Assembly (NCBI GenBank): GCA_963707505.1
Contig: CAVPQB010000006.1
Span: forward strand, 480,001-544,000
Direction of reading: 5' to 3'
Source of the DNA: an uncultured Gemmatimonadales bacterium
Lineage (GTDB): Bacteria; Gemmatimonadota; Gemmatimonadetes; Gemmatimonadales; Gemmatimonadaceae
Length of the DNA: 64,000 bases
Shown: positions 10,201-19,077 of the stretch, in pieces
Layout of the letters: each line of letters starts with the position of its first letter
Numbering within the stretch: position 1 is the first letter of the stretch
Made by a program: the position numbers and the translations under genes
The notes under the pieces: generated by a model
The model's input: the letters and a program-made list of their open reading frames with translations, nothing else
What the model was told of the DNA's origin: nothing
The model's database searches: none

Positions 10201-11190
10201 CTAATCCCAGTCGTGTCCTCTTCTATAGACGTGGCGTTTCACGCGCCACGGCTTGGTGTCGCTGGTCTCTCGGCCCGATGCAAAGTTGGTAGGGTCGTCG
10301 ATCGAATCGCTCATGTCGCACGCCTTCGCCGACGCCTCGTCGGCCCAGTGTACTATCTCGGCCTCCACGGTCATTGGCTGCACGGGGCTTCCGAATTCGA
10401 GGCTGCCATGATGAGACAGGATCATGTGCTGGAGCTCGAGTATCTGCCCTTCGCTGCAGATCGGAGCGCCGAGCTGGGCAAGTGCGCGCTCGAGCATGAG
10501 CGCGCCCAGGACTACGTGGCCGAGTAGAAGGCCGCAGGGAGTGGTGGAGAAGCCTGTGGGGGCGACGTCGTACGCTTCGACCTTGCCGATGTCGTGCAGC
10601 AGCGCGCCGGCGAAGACCAGATCCTGGTTCGCGCGAGTGGTGCGTGCAGTGGCTCGTGCGATCGAGGCGACCTCGAAGGTGTGGAGTAGGAGGCCGCCGA
10701 GTTTGGCGTGGTGTCCTGCTGGTGATCCCGGAGTGCGCTCGAAGCGGACGCGGAATTCGTCGTTGGCGAAGAAGAGATCGACGACGCTTTTGAGGGTGCG
10801 CGATTGCATTGCTGCACGCTGTTTGTCCATCCAGTCCCAGAGCGCAGTGCAATCGCCGATTGATTCGAGGAACGACAGGACGTCGATCTGATTTTGCGGG
10901 ATGACTCTGAGCGGGGCGCTGAGTGCGAGCTGGCGTTTCGCAGATCCGTTGCGGCCGTAGAGCGCGATGTCGCCAATCGCCTGGACCACCTTGCCGCGGT
11001 CAGCGCCGTCGGCCCAGTCGAGCTTGTCGGACCAGATGGGCGATGTGTCGATTCGGCCGGAGGAATTGCCGAGTGTGAGGATTGCGAACGGGTCGCCGTT
11101 GGCGGTTTTCTTGTCCGCGCGCTCGATCACGAGGAAATCACTCTGGACCCGCTCGCGCTCCTGGAGCGCAGGGATGTTGACGGCTGGCAT
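10201..11190 (-). CDS. yhaM: YhaM/Cbf1-family OB-fold + HD 3'-5' exonuclease
   Basis: N-terminal OB fold (KTANGDPFAILTLGNSSGRI), HHAKLGGLLLHT, LLHDIGK, GHVVLG, HMILSHHGSLEFGSPVQP..EAEIVHWAD. ATG at 11190 preferred over TTG at 11226. Confidence 0.88.
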   Translation of the reverse strand: MPAVNIPALQERERVQSDFLVIERADKKTANGDPFAILTLGNSSGRIDTSPIWSDKLDWADGADRGKVVQAIGDIALYGRNGSAKRQLALSAPLRVIPQNQIDVLSFLESIGDCTALWDWMDKQRAAMQSRTLKSVVDLFFANDEFRVRFERTPGSPAGHHAKLGGLLLHTFEVASIARATARTTRANQDLVFAGALLHDIGKVEAYDVAPTGFSTTPCGLLLGHVVLGALMLERALAQLGAPICSEGQILELQHMILSHHGSLEFGSPVQPMTVEAEIVHWADEASAKACDMSDSIDDPTNFASGRETSDTKPWRVKRHVYRRGHDWD

Positions 11191-11244
11191 CGTGATGAAG
11201 GTGATGGTGCGGGGTCGATCCGGCAATAGCGGGGAGCAGCTTCC

Positions 11245-11273
11245 TTGCTTTCGGTATTTGTTCGGTATAAGCT
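11245..11273 (+). promoter_or_regulatory. sigma70-like promoter overlapped by a direct-repeat operator
   Basis: TTGCTT-N17-TAAGCT, with TTCGGTAT at 11250 and again at 11261 (11-bp period). Confidence 0.55.
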
Positions 11274-11300
11274 TTCCTCATCTACCACGCCGGGTGCGCC

Positions 11301-11918
11301 ATGCCGAAAACAGATGTCTGGTTCGATCCAAGCCGGTACGCGACAGTCGCGGAGCGGATAGCGCTGTTCTACAAGAGTCATCCAAACGGGCGGATACTGA
11401 CCGAGCTGGTGAACCGTGATACGGAGTCGGTGACGTTCAAGGCGCTGGTATTTCGGGGCGAGGGGGATACGGTGCCGGCGGCTACGGGGTGGGCGACGGA
11501 GCGTGAGGGGGACGGCGACATCAATACGGTGGCGTGTCTGGAGAACACGGAGACGTCGGCGATCGGGCGGGCGCTGGCGAATCTTGGGTTCACGGCAGCG
11601 AGAGAGCGGCCCAGTATCGAGGAGATGACGAAGGCCGGCCGAACTCGGCGAAACCGCGAAATGGCGGCTAGAAGAGCCGATACTGTCGCCATACTGGCTG
11701 AGCAATCGCCGGAGTACCGGAGCGCCTCGTCCGACTTGCTGGGTCTTCTTCAAGAAGCGCAACGTGCCGGACTGCCGAGTGACCGGGCTCAGCGGCTGCG
11801 CGACCGGCTGGAGCGAGGGCCGGCGATTCTTCCGTCGCGAATGGCTGAGCTGGAGCGGTCGCTGAGGAACTGGCTTTACCGGAAGGAGAATGTCACCGGG
11901 TCTCGTCTATCCCCATGA
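11301..11918 (+). CDS. Rad52/Sak-like single-strand annealing protein (putative)
   Basis: YATVAERIALFYKSHPNGRILTEL...ATGWATE...CLENTETSAIGRALANLGF resembles the core of phage-type Rad52-superfamily SSAPs; helical C-terminal tail. Confidence 0.65.
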   Translation: MPKTDVWFDPSRYATVAERIALFYKSHPNGRILTELVNRDTESVTFKALVFRGEGDTVPAATGWATEREGDGDINTVACLENTETSAIGRALANLGFTAARERPSIEEMTKAGRTRRNREMAARRADTVAILAEQSPEYRSASSDLLGLLQEAQRAGLPSDRAQRLRDRLERGPAILPSRMAELERSLRNWLYRKENVTGSRLSP

Positions 11919-11955
11919 ACGGCGGAACCTGAGCAGAACATGAAAGGGGGCGGAC

Positions 11956-12672
11956 GTGGAGGGTTGGCGGTTTGGGGAGCGGAGCGACGGGGAGACAGAT
12001 ATCGAGCTGCTGGCTGGGATTCGGCGGAATGAGCTGAATGCGCTACGCACCTTCGTTCTCCGGTTCGAGCCGGTGCTTCTGGACCAGGCTCGGCGACTCT
12101 CCGTAAGCCCGAGCGATCGGGGGACGATCGTAACCGGATTCCTGGACGACATCCTGGTCAAGCTCGCCGATACGAATGCCGAGTCACCGCGGTCGCTGAC
12201 TGCATTCGTGATCACGTCGTTCCGCAACTGCGTGATCGATCTGCATCGCGAGGCGACGGTGCGTGAGCGGCATGCGCGATCGGAGGAGGAGGCGATCGGC
12301 ACGGAGTACGTGGTGCGTGCCACGTGTTCCGAGTTCATGCTGCGCGCGGCGCGGGGGAACGGTGATGGCGAAGAGTCGTCATCGACTGCGGCAGCCAGAC
12401 TGGTTCATGTGCTGTTGGATGGCTGCTCATCGGACGAGCGACAGTTGCTCGTATGGAGCGCGCACCGCGTTCCGTTGCGTGAGTGCGCCGCGTGGCTCGG
12501 AATCGGTTACGACGCCGCAAAGCAGAAATTGTCGCGGCTGCGCGCGCGGCTCGTACGCGACAGCATCACGCACCTGTCCTCCCTTGCCGACCCGGATCGC
12601 AGAGAGCTCTCGCGTCTGCTGAGTCGCGCCGGCATACGAATCAATACTGAAGGCATGAGGTCCACAGCATGA
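11956..12672 (+). CDS. Atypical ECF sigma-70 factor
   Basis: Sigma2-like DIELLAGIR..ALRTFVLRFEPVL..LTAFVITSFRNCVIDLHR and sigma4 HTH PLRECAAWLGIGYDAAKQKLSRLRARL. Start uncertain. Confidence 0.75.
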   Translation: MEGWRFGERSDGETDIELLAGIRRNELNALRTFVLRFEPVLLDQARRLSVSPSDRGTIVTGFLDDILVKLADTNAESPRSLTAFVITSFRNCVIDLHREATVRERHARSEEEAIGTEYVVRATCSEFMLRAARGNGDGEESSSTAAARLVHVLLDGCSSDERQLLVWSAHRVPLRECAAWLGIGYDAAKQKLSRLRARLVRDSITHLSSLADPDRRELSRLLSRAGIRINTEGMRSTA

Positions 12673-13406
12673 AGGGAGAGAATCAGAAGCATTCATATCG
12701 TCAAGAGGTCGATGGTGGCGACGATACCAATTCATTGATCCGGCTCGTGGGCGATGCGTTGGATGCGAGCGGTGATTGCAGCGCGTACGAGAACGATCGG
12801 TTTCTCGCATGGCTCGAGCGTGAAGTGCATGGACGGAGTTCTGTTGCGGATCGGCAGTCGAGCGAGCGTGCGGCGCAACAGATCGCGAAACGCGCTCAGG
12901 CGCGCATTCGTGCGGCTCGCGTAGCTGCAGCGCTGCCGGCGCGTTCGTTCAGGGTTCGTCCGGCCGCACTGGTGGGGGACTTCGATCACGTCGCGAGAGC
13001 AGCTTCGGAGTCCGGTTGCGCGCCGTGGGTGGAATCGCTCGCGGTCGCGGCAGGTACCGGGCGTGAGATCTGGGACGAGCCGTGTGAGCAGTGGGTGGAG
13101 CTGCCAACCGGATTTGCGGGCGCGGGCAATCTCGCGCTCACCGTTACGGGCGACAGCATGACGCCGTGTCTCGAGAGCGGTGACGTGATCCTCGTCAACA
13201 CACGCAAGGCTGTGACGCGCGATTGCATGGTCGTCGCGCGGCGCGCGGAGAATGGCTACGTGGTGAAGCACGTCACGAAGTGTGGGCGGGCTGCGTTGGA
13301 GCTGTCATCGTTCAACAGCGCGTACGAGCCGTTCGTGATCGATCGAGTGCCGGGTGCTGTGGTGGGCGTGGTGGTAGCGAAGCTCGTGCGTTGTGAAGAA
13401 GCGTGA
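12669..13406 (+). CDS. S24/LexA-type autopeptidase with a novel N-terminal domain
   Basis: AVAAG scissile-site motif, VTGDSM catalytic Ser, YVVK catalytic Lys, LSSFNSAYEP. ATGA overlap with the sigma stop codon. Confidence 0.88.
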   Translation: MKGENQKHSYRQEVDGGDDTNSLIRLVGDALDASGDCSAYENDRFLAWLEREVHGRSSVADRQSSERAAQQIAKRAQARIRAARVAAALPARSFRVRPAALVGDFDHVARAASESGCAPWVESLAVAAGTGREIWDEPCEQWVELPTGFAGAGNLALTVTGDSMTPCLESGDVILVNTRKAVTRDCMVVARRAENGYVVKHVTKCGRAALELSSFNSAYEPFVIDRVPGAVVGVVVAKLVRCEEA

Positions 13407-13566
13407 GAGAGCTGGCAGAGTAGTGGTGCACGGAGAGTGGTGCAGGTATTCCGGCTGTATGTGGCGGCAGTTGCAACGCGTGGGTTCGGTAGGCGAAGTG
13501 ATTGGGTATGTGGACTGGATATGTAGTGCCTGGCGTGATGAAGAAGAATATTTGAACGGAGGGAAG

Positions 13567-13827
13567 ATGCAGCAGGACGTATCGACACAGAACAAGATCA
13601 CGAACGCAGTAGCGACTGCAATAGCCATAGCGGGGGCTATAGTTGCGTCACCGGCTGCGATGGAAAAGCTGCCGGGAACGGTCGTGACGATTCTCAAGAC
13701 TGCTACGACGCTCGGCAATACGACACAGCCGTTGATCGTAACAGTGATTGGAATAATGGTGGCTGCAATAACGCATCCACCGAGTTGGTTGAGCGGATTG
13801 GCGAGCGGAGTGCGAAGACGGTTGTGA
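13567..13827 (+). CDS. Small membrane protein (86 aa, two hydrophobic segments)
   Basis: RBS GGAGGG; AVATAIAIAGAIVA and LIVTVIGIMVAAI; basic C-terminus VRRRL. Confidence 0.6.
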   Translation: MQQDVSTQNKITNAVATAIAIAGAIVASPAAMEKLPGTVVTILKTATTLGNTTQPLIVTVIGIMVAAITHPPSWLSGLASGVRRRL

Positions 13828-13857
13828 GCGGTACGTTCGACGGGAGAACCATGTATT

Positions 13858-13899
13858 AACGCCAGGCCGTTCATGAACGGCCTGGCGTTTCTGGTTTCT
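13858..13899 (+). terminator. Rho-independent terminator
   Basis: Perfect 32-bp palindrome AACGCCAGGCCGTTCA/TGAACGGCCTGGCGTT followed by a T-rich tail. Confidence 0.75.
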
Positions 13900-14107
13900 G
13901 ATGCTTGTCAACTCCGGGATCTGGCCGTGGTGCGGATGTCGGTACGGGCGCCGTTTACGACCCCGAACCCGCCTCGACGCAACACTTATCAATAGATTTG
14001 ATTCACGCGCTGGCTGATCGCTCCATTCCTGCGCGCCGTGGGTCGGAGCGCGCTCCGGCGATTCGTGCTCGAGCCGATGCGTTCGGCCACACATGGAAGA
14101 TTCTCGA

Positions 14108-15154
14108 ATGACTGATACAGCTCCGCCAGCCGGCAAACAGCCACAACGCGGTCCATTTGCATGGGTGCACGCCTTCACGGGTTTCTATCCGGCGATGGCC
14201 GAAGAATTTTCTCACCTGGATCCGGTGACGCGGTTCCTGTACGCGTCGCGCAGCGTCATCCTGGTGATCTCCGCACAGGCTGCTTTGATCGCCGGACTGC
14301 TTGCCGTGATCGCCGGCGGCTTCGAGCCCATTCCGTTCGTGCTGGTGCTCGTTGGCTACGTGGTGCTCCACGCGATCAGCAACCTGTCCAACGATTATTT
14401 CGGATATCGCAGAGGACATGACACGGCTGACTCGCCGCGCCGGCGCTACACGCTGCACCCGATCGCAAGCGGAGCAGTCACACCGCGGCTGCTGATCACC
14501 GGTCTCGTCATTCTCTCCGTCATCGCAGCGGCGATTGCGGTTTACTTCGTCACGTTGCGCGGACGGAATGCACTTGGACTGGTAATCGCAGGCGCACTCC
14601 TGCTCTATGCATACGACGCCGCCCCGAAAGCATTGAAGGAGCTCGGGCTCGGTGAGGCAGCTGCCTTCGTCGTATGGGGACCGCTGATGATCGGTGGCGG
14701 CTACTACGTCATCACCGGACAGTGGTCGGCGGCCGCGTTTCTCGCATCCGTACCCTACGGGCTCGGCGTCGCGTCGATTCTCATTGGAAAGCACATAGAT
14801 CAGCGCGGCTTCGACTCGTCGCAGGAGCAGCGGACGCTGCCGGTCCTGCTTGGCGAGCGTCGCGCGCGATTGTTGAATCAATCGGTGCTGGTTGCCATGT
14901 ACGTTGTGATCGTAATCGCGGTCATCACGCGCGCGCTGACGCCATTCGCACTGCTGGTGGTGTTCGCGGCCCCGCGCGCGATGCGTGCGCTCCGCGTGAT
15001 GTCGCGACCCGCACCGGCCGAACCGCCGGCTGGATATGTCGGATGGCCGCTATGGTATCATCGGATGTGCTTGGTGCACAATCGCGCGTTCGGCTGGCTG
15101 TACATCGCAGGCCTCGGCGCAGGCGCGCTGTTCGCCACGTTTCTCGCGCGCTAA
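14108..15154 (+). CDS. MenA/UbiA-family prenyltransferase
   Basis: SNLSNDYFGYRRGHD, LKELGLGE, KHIDQRGFD..RTLPVLLG; multiple TM segments. Confidence 0.85.
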   Translation: MTDTAPPAGKQPQRGPFAWVHAFTGFYPAMAEEFSHLDPVTRFLYASRSVILVISAQAALIAGLLAVIAGGFEPIPFVLVLVGYVVLHAISNLSNDYFGYRRGHDTADSPRRRYTLHPIASGAVTPRLLITGLVILSVIAAAIAVYFVTLRGRNALGLVIAGALLLYAYDAAPKALKELGLGEAAAFVVWGPLMIGGGYYVITGQWSAAAFLASVPYGLGVASILIGKHIDQRGFDSSQEQRTLPVLLGERRARLLNQSVLVAMYVVIVIAVITRALTPFALLVVFAAPRAMRALRVMSRPAPAEPPAGYVGWPLWYHRMCLVHNRAFGWLYIAGLGAGALFATFLAR

Positions 15155-16422
15155 CTCCTGACCAGCCGCACCAGCCTCCGTATACTCCATATACCGGCCA
15201 CAGGCCCCAGCGCAAGCACGGCAAAGGCCCAGCGCCAACTCACCAACTGCGCCATGTGCGGAATTCCCTGAATCGTCACCATCGTCAGGAGAAAACCGAG
15301 TGACGTCTGCACGGTAAGTGCAGTCCCCACGGCGTGCGGCGGAACGCTTTCCGTAACGAGCACCGAAAACTGCGCACTGTCCGCGATCACGAAGAATCCC
15401 CACACGAGCGCAACTGGCACGACTATCCACAACGTCATGCCGAAGGTGAGTCCGATGAGCAGCGCACACAAGCCGCTCATCGTCATCGCAACCGTTACAA
15501 GCCACTCGCGCCCGCGGCGGTCCGCGACCAGACCACCCCAGATGCATCCCGCTCCACCGATCGCGAGCGCGGCGAACGATACCGCGGACGCAATGGAAGT
15601 CGCACCGCCTGCGTGACCCTGGTGCGCGATGATGCTCGCCGAGATGAACAATGGCAGCCACGTCCACGCTGCGTACAGCTCCCACATGTGACCCAGATAT
15701 CCACCGGTCGCGAGCCGGAAACGCGGCTCGCGCATGATGTCGGCAACGAGTCTCCATGAGAACGGACGCGGTGGAAACGGATACGGGCCGTCGCGATATC
15801 CGAACGTCACGAGCGCCGCTGCAAGGAGTGCGGCAACGGATGCGGTGAGAACCACGGGGCGGATTCCAGCGCCGGGAATTGCGTGCACGAGATAGGGCGT
15901 CGCCTTTCCAACTGTCAGCGCGCCTACTATCCCTCCGACAGCGAGCCCGCGGCGCGCGCGAAACCAGGTCGATATCATCTTCATCGCTGGCGGATAGACA
16001 GCGGCGAGCGCGATACCGGTGAGCATGCGACACGCGAGTGCGGTACGAAATCCCGGTGCGAGAAGCAGCGCGGCGTTCGACGCCGATCCAACCAATGCAC
16101 CAGCCGCGAACAGGCGCCCGGCTGGTACGATGTCGACCACGTTGAGCGTCGCGAGCACCGCGGTGCCGACCACGAACCCGAGCTGGACGATCGTAGTGAG
16201 CCAGCCTGATTGAGCTGCGCTGAGATCCCACAACGTGCGATACTGCGCCGAAACGGCGCTCGCAGCAAACCAGAGCGACATCCCAAGCAGCTCAGCGCAC
16301 GCAAGCAGCACGAGCATGCGCCAGCGCGACGGATGCGTGTCAGCTGGAAATGTCACGGACGGGGCGCGCACTGCGCCATCACCAGCAGTTACAGATCGCG
16401 CGAACGAATTCGGTGAGACCAT
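15151..16422 (-). CDS. MFS transporter
   Basis: About 12 TM segments; GYLGHMWELYA, ADRRGR, IADSAQFS. Confidence 0.9.
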   Translation of the reverse strand: MVSPNSFARSVTAGDGAVRAPSVTFPADTHPSRWRMLVLLACAELLGMSLWFAASAVSAQYRTLWDLSAAQSGWLTTIVQLGFVVGTAVLATLNVVDIVPAGRLFAAGALVGSASNAALLLAPGFRTALACRMLTGIALAAVYPPAMKMISTWFRARRGLAVGGIVGALTVGKATPYLVHAIPGAGIRPVVLTASVAALLAAALVTFGYRDGPYPFPPRPFSWRLVADIMREPRFRLATGGYLGHMWELYAAWTWLPLFISASIIAHQGHAGGATSIASAVSFAALAIGGAGCIWGGLVADRRGREWLVTVAMTMSGLCALLIGLTFGMTLWIVVPVALVWGFFVIADSAQFSVLVTESVPPHAVGTALTVQTSLGFLLTMVTIQGIPHMAQLVSWRWAFAVLALGPVAGIWSIRRLVRLVRS

Positions 16423-16501
16423 GTTGGAGGAAACTGGCTGACCAGCGGCTCCGCCGCAATCCGACAGGCGGCCAATTGCTCGCCTGCCAAGGCCATCCGT
16501 G

Positions 16502-17107
16502 CTACAACCAGCCCTTTTCCCGCGCGATCCGCGCCGCTTCCACCCTTGTCGACGCGCCCAGTTTGGACATCGCCTCGGACAGATAATTGCGCACGGTCCC
16601 CTCCGACAGACACAGCATCGACGCTATCTCGGCGCTGGTCTTTCCTTCTCCGGCAAACCGTAACGCCTGCCTTTCCCGATCGGTGAGCGGATCAGGTGCG
16701 CTCCACGCCTCGGCGGCAAGCTCGGGGTCCACCGCGCGAAGTCCGGCGTGAACGCGGCGCACGGCACTCGCCAGCATCTCCGGTGGGCTGTCCTTCAACA
16801 GGTATCCACTGGCGCCAGCCTCCAACGCGCGGCGCAGATAGCCCGCGCGCGCGAATGTCGTCAGAATCACGACTCGCGTGGTCAACTTGAGTCGCTTGAG
16901 CTCTGCCGACACCTCGAGGCCCGTGAGATGCGGCATCTCGATATCCGTCAGCAGCACGTCGGGTACATGCTCGAGCACGAGCGACACCGCTTCGCGGCCA
17001 TCGTGCGCACGCGCGACGACGCGAATATCAGGCTCGATTTCCAGCAGCGCAGTCAGTGCGCCGAGCACCATTCCCTGATCCTCGGCGACAATCACACGAA
17101 TCGTCAC
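16502..17107 (-). CDS. desR: NarL/DesR-family response regulator
   Basis: REC domain (AEDQ, TDIEMP, TTF..GY, LLKD) plus LuxR HTH (LSEGTVRNYLS). Confidence 0.92.
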   Translation of the reverse strand: MTIRVIVAEDQGMVLGALTALLEIEPDIRVVARAHDGREAVSLVLEHVPDVLLTDIEMPHLTGLEVSAELKRLKLTTRVVILTTFARAGYLRRALEAGASGYLLKDSPPEMLASAVRRVHAGLRAVDPELAAEAWSAPDPLTDRERQALRFAGEGKTSAEIASMLCLSEGTVRNYLSEAMSKLGASTRVEAARIAREKGWL

Positions 17108-18249
17108 GCCAGTATCGCGAGCCGCGCGGGCGTTGAAGTGTCGGATTGTGCGGAAGTAATTGACGCGAGCGTCACACGAATACGCGTTCCGTCGATCGAC
17201 TCGACCGAGATATAGCCGCCGAGTGACGCCACACGCTCGCGCATTCCGGTAACTCCATTGCCATCAGGTGAGTTCTTGCCGCCGCCGTCGTCCTGAATGG
17301 AGAACGTCCGCACTCCGTTCAGGTTGGTGAGTGCAATGTCGCAGGACTTTGCGTTGGCGTGTCGAACGACGTTGGTCACCGCTTCGCGGAGGATGAGCGA
17401 CAGGACCGCCTCTTCAGCTGGCGATAGCTGCACCGGCTCGATGTTCGCGCGCATCGCGATGCCGGCTGCGTGAAGCATCGACTCAGCGCTGGCTACCTCG
17501 CTCGCCAATCCAGTGTCACGATAACCAGCGACCGCCGCTCTAACTTCCGAAAGCGCGTCGCGCGAGATGCGCTCGACGTCTCTTATCTCCACGGCGGCGC
17601 GCGCCGGATCGCGATCGGCGAGACGCGACGCAAGCGAGGCCTTGAGTGTAATGAGAGAGAGCGTGTGGCCGAGCAGATCGTGCAGGTCGCGCGCAATACG
17701 CTCACGCTCGGCGACTTTCGCGAGATGTGCGATTTCCTCATTGGCGCGACGCAGCCGTCGATTTGTTTCGCGAACCGTTGCAAAATGACTATTCGTGAAT
17801 CCCACGACCGCACTGATCAATACCTGCCAGATCCACGTAGTGGCGGGCAGACGGAACACAACGGTCTCGAGCAACGCAGTGGCAATGACGAGAAGGATTG
17901 CCTCCGTGGCACGTCGAGCAGGGCGCAGATTGCCAGCGAAAGATGCTGCGTATACCGTGAGCACCGGAGCGCCCGGATTGATTGGCGTGAGCAGCAGCCC
18001 AATCGCTGCGATGCTGGCGATTATCCAGTACGTCTCAGGATTGCCCCGGCACCAGAAGCCGCGGAAATACAGCGGAAGGAATAGAGCCCCTCCAACGATC
18101 GTGGCGATCCATACTCCAGCGCCCGTGTGGCCGAGCACTGGCCACATGAACAGCGCTGGAAAGTAGATCAGCCAGGCGAACGGTGTCCAACCGATTTCGG
18201 GGTCGGGTGGGAGAATCCTGAAATGTGACAATCGCATCGTGCTCATCAC
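17104..18249 (-). CDS. desK: DesK-like sensor histidine kinase (HisKA_3)
   Basis: TM N-terminus, ERERIARDLHDLLGHTLS, EAVTNVVRHA, DDGGG..GNGVTGMRER. Confidence 0.92.
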   Translation of the reverse strand: MMSTMRLSHFRILPPDPEIGWTPFAWLIYFPALFMWPVLGHTGAGVWIATIVGGALFLPLYFRGFWCRGNPETYWIIASIAAIGLLLTPINPGAPVLTVYAASFAGNLRPARRATEAILLVIATALLETVVFRLPATTWIWQVLISAVVGFTNSHFATVRETNRRLRRANEEIAHLAKVAERERIARDLHDLLGHTLSLITLKASLASRLADRDPARAAVEIRDVERISRDALSEVRAAVAGYRDTGLASEVASAESMLHAAGIAMRANIEPVQLSPAEEAVLSLILREAVTNVVRHANAKSCDIALTNLNGVRTFSIQDDGGGKNSPDGNGVTGMRERVASLGGYISVESIDGTRIRVTLASITSAQSDTSTPARLAILA

Positions 18250-18252
18250 GGG

Positions 18253-19077
18253 TCAGCCGTAGGTCTTGCCTTCGTCGCGGCGGTAGCCGATGGCGGCGAT
18301 GACAGTGAATAGTGCGCCGAATCCAATGAGTGCTGCAATGTGTCCCAGTGCATGTGACGCTGACTCGATGCCCACCGCCTCCAGCGCCAGCCGGGCGAGG
18401 TGGTAGGGCGGAAGGGCTACGGCGAATCCCTGTAGCAATTTGGGCAGCATTTCTGCCGGAATGAAGAGGCCCGACAGGAATGCCATTGGAAGATAGAGAA
18501 TATTGACCACCGGCGCTGCCGAGTTGGGGCCGGCGAGATACCCGATCGCGAGCCCCATGGCACAGAACGGAATTGCGCCGAGCGTCTCGGACACGATCAG
18601 CATCGTCCATTGCGTCGCAGACATTCTCACATGTCCGAACACCGCGCCCACTGCGCACATGAGCAGCATCAGGGCCGCTCCGATCGCGAGCGTCGTCAGA
18701 TATTTGGCGGTGAAGTACGCAGGCAGCGGCATCGGACTGGCCTTCTTGACCGCCAACCATCCCTGTCCCCGCTCGACTGCGACGCCAACGCCGAGCGCAA
18801 AGAGGGCGATGCTTATCACACCGAACGCACCGTACGTCGCGAGCGTGTATGTCGCGATCATCTCGGAGTTCTTGCTCCCGTGCTGCATCACGAGCCCGAA
18901 CAGGACGTAGAACATGATCGGAAATCCAATAGTCGGGATCATGAACGCCGGAATTCTGGTTTGCTTTCGAAGCTCGTACTTTGCCTCCGCGAGGTAGATC
19001 CGGATGGACCGGAAACGTGATGGCGCGATGGCAGTGTCGTCGAGAGATGGCCGTGTGGTAATTGCCGCGCTGGTCAT
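18253..19077 (-). CDS. ABC-2 permease
   Basis: VAVERGQGW, six TM segments, coupled to the ATPase gene. Confidence 0.9.
   Translation of the reverse strand: MTSAAITTRPSLDDTAIAPSRFRSIRIYLAEAKYELRKQTRIPAFMIPTIGFPIMFYVLFGLVMQHGSKNSEMIATYTLATYGAFGVISIALFALGVGVAVERGQGWLAVKKASPMPLPAYFTAKYLTTLAIGAALMLLMCAVGAVFGHVRMSATQWTMLIVSETLGAIPFCAMGLAIGYLAGPNSAAPVVNILYLPMAFLSGLFIPAEMLPKLLQGFAVALPPYHLARLALEAVGIESASHALGHIAALIGFGALFTVIAAIGYRRDEGKTYG

Noticed and set aside
12669..13406. Canonical lexA or umuD
   Set aside because: No N-terminal wHTH as in LexA; the N-terminus is much longer than in UmuD and no umuC/dinB is adjacent.
11301..13827. Prophage (SSAP + CI-like peptidase + holin-like gene)
   Set aside because: No integrase, att/tRNA site, structural or replication genes, and the S24 protein lacks a CI-type HTH. 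A remote phage origin is not excluded.
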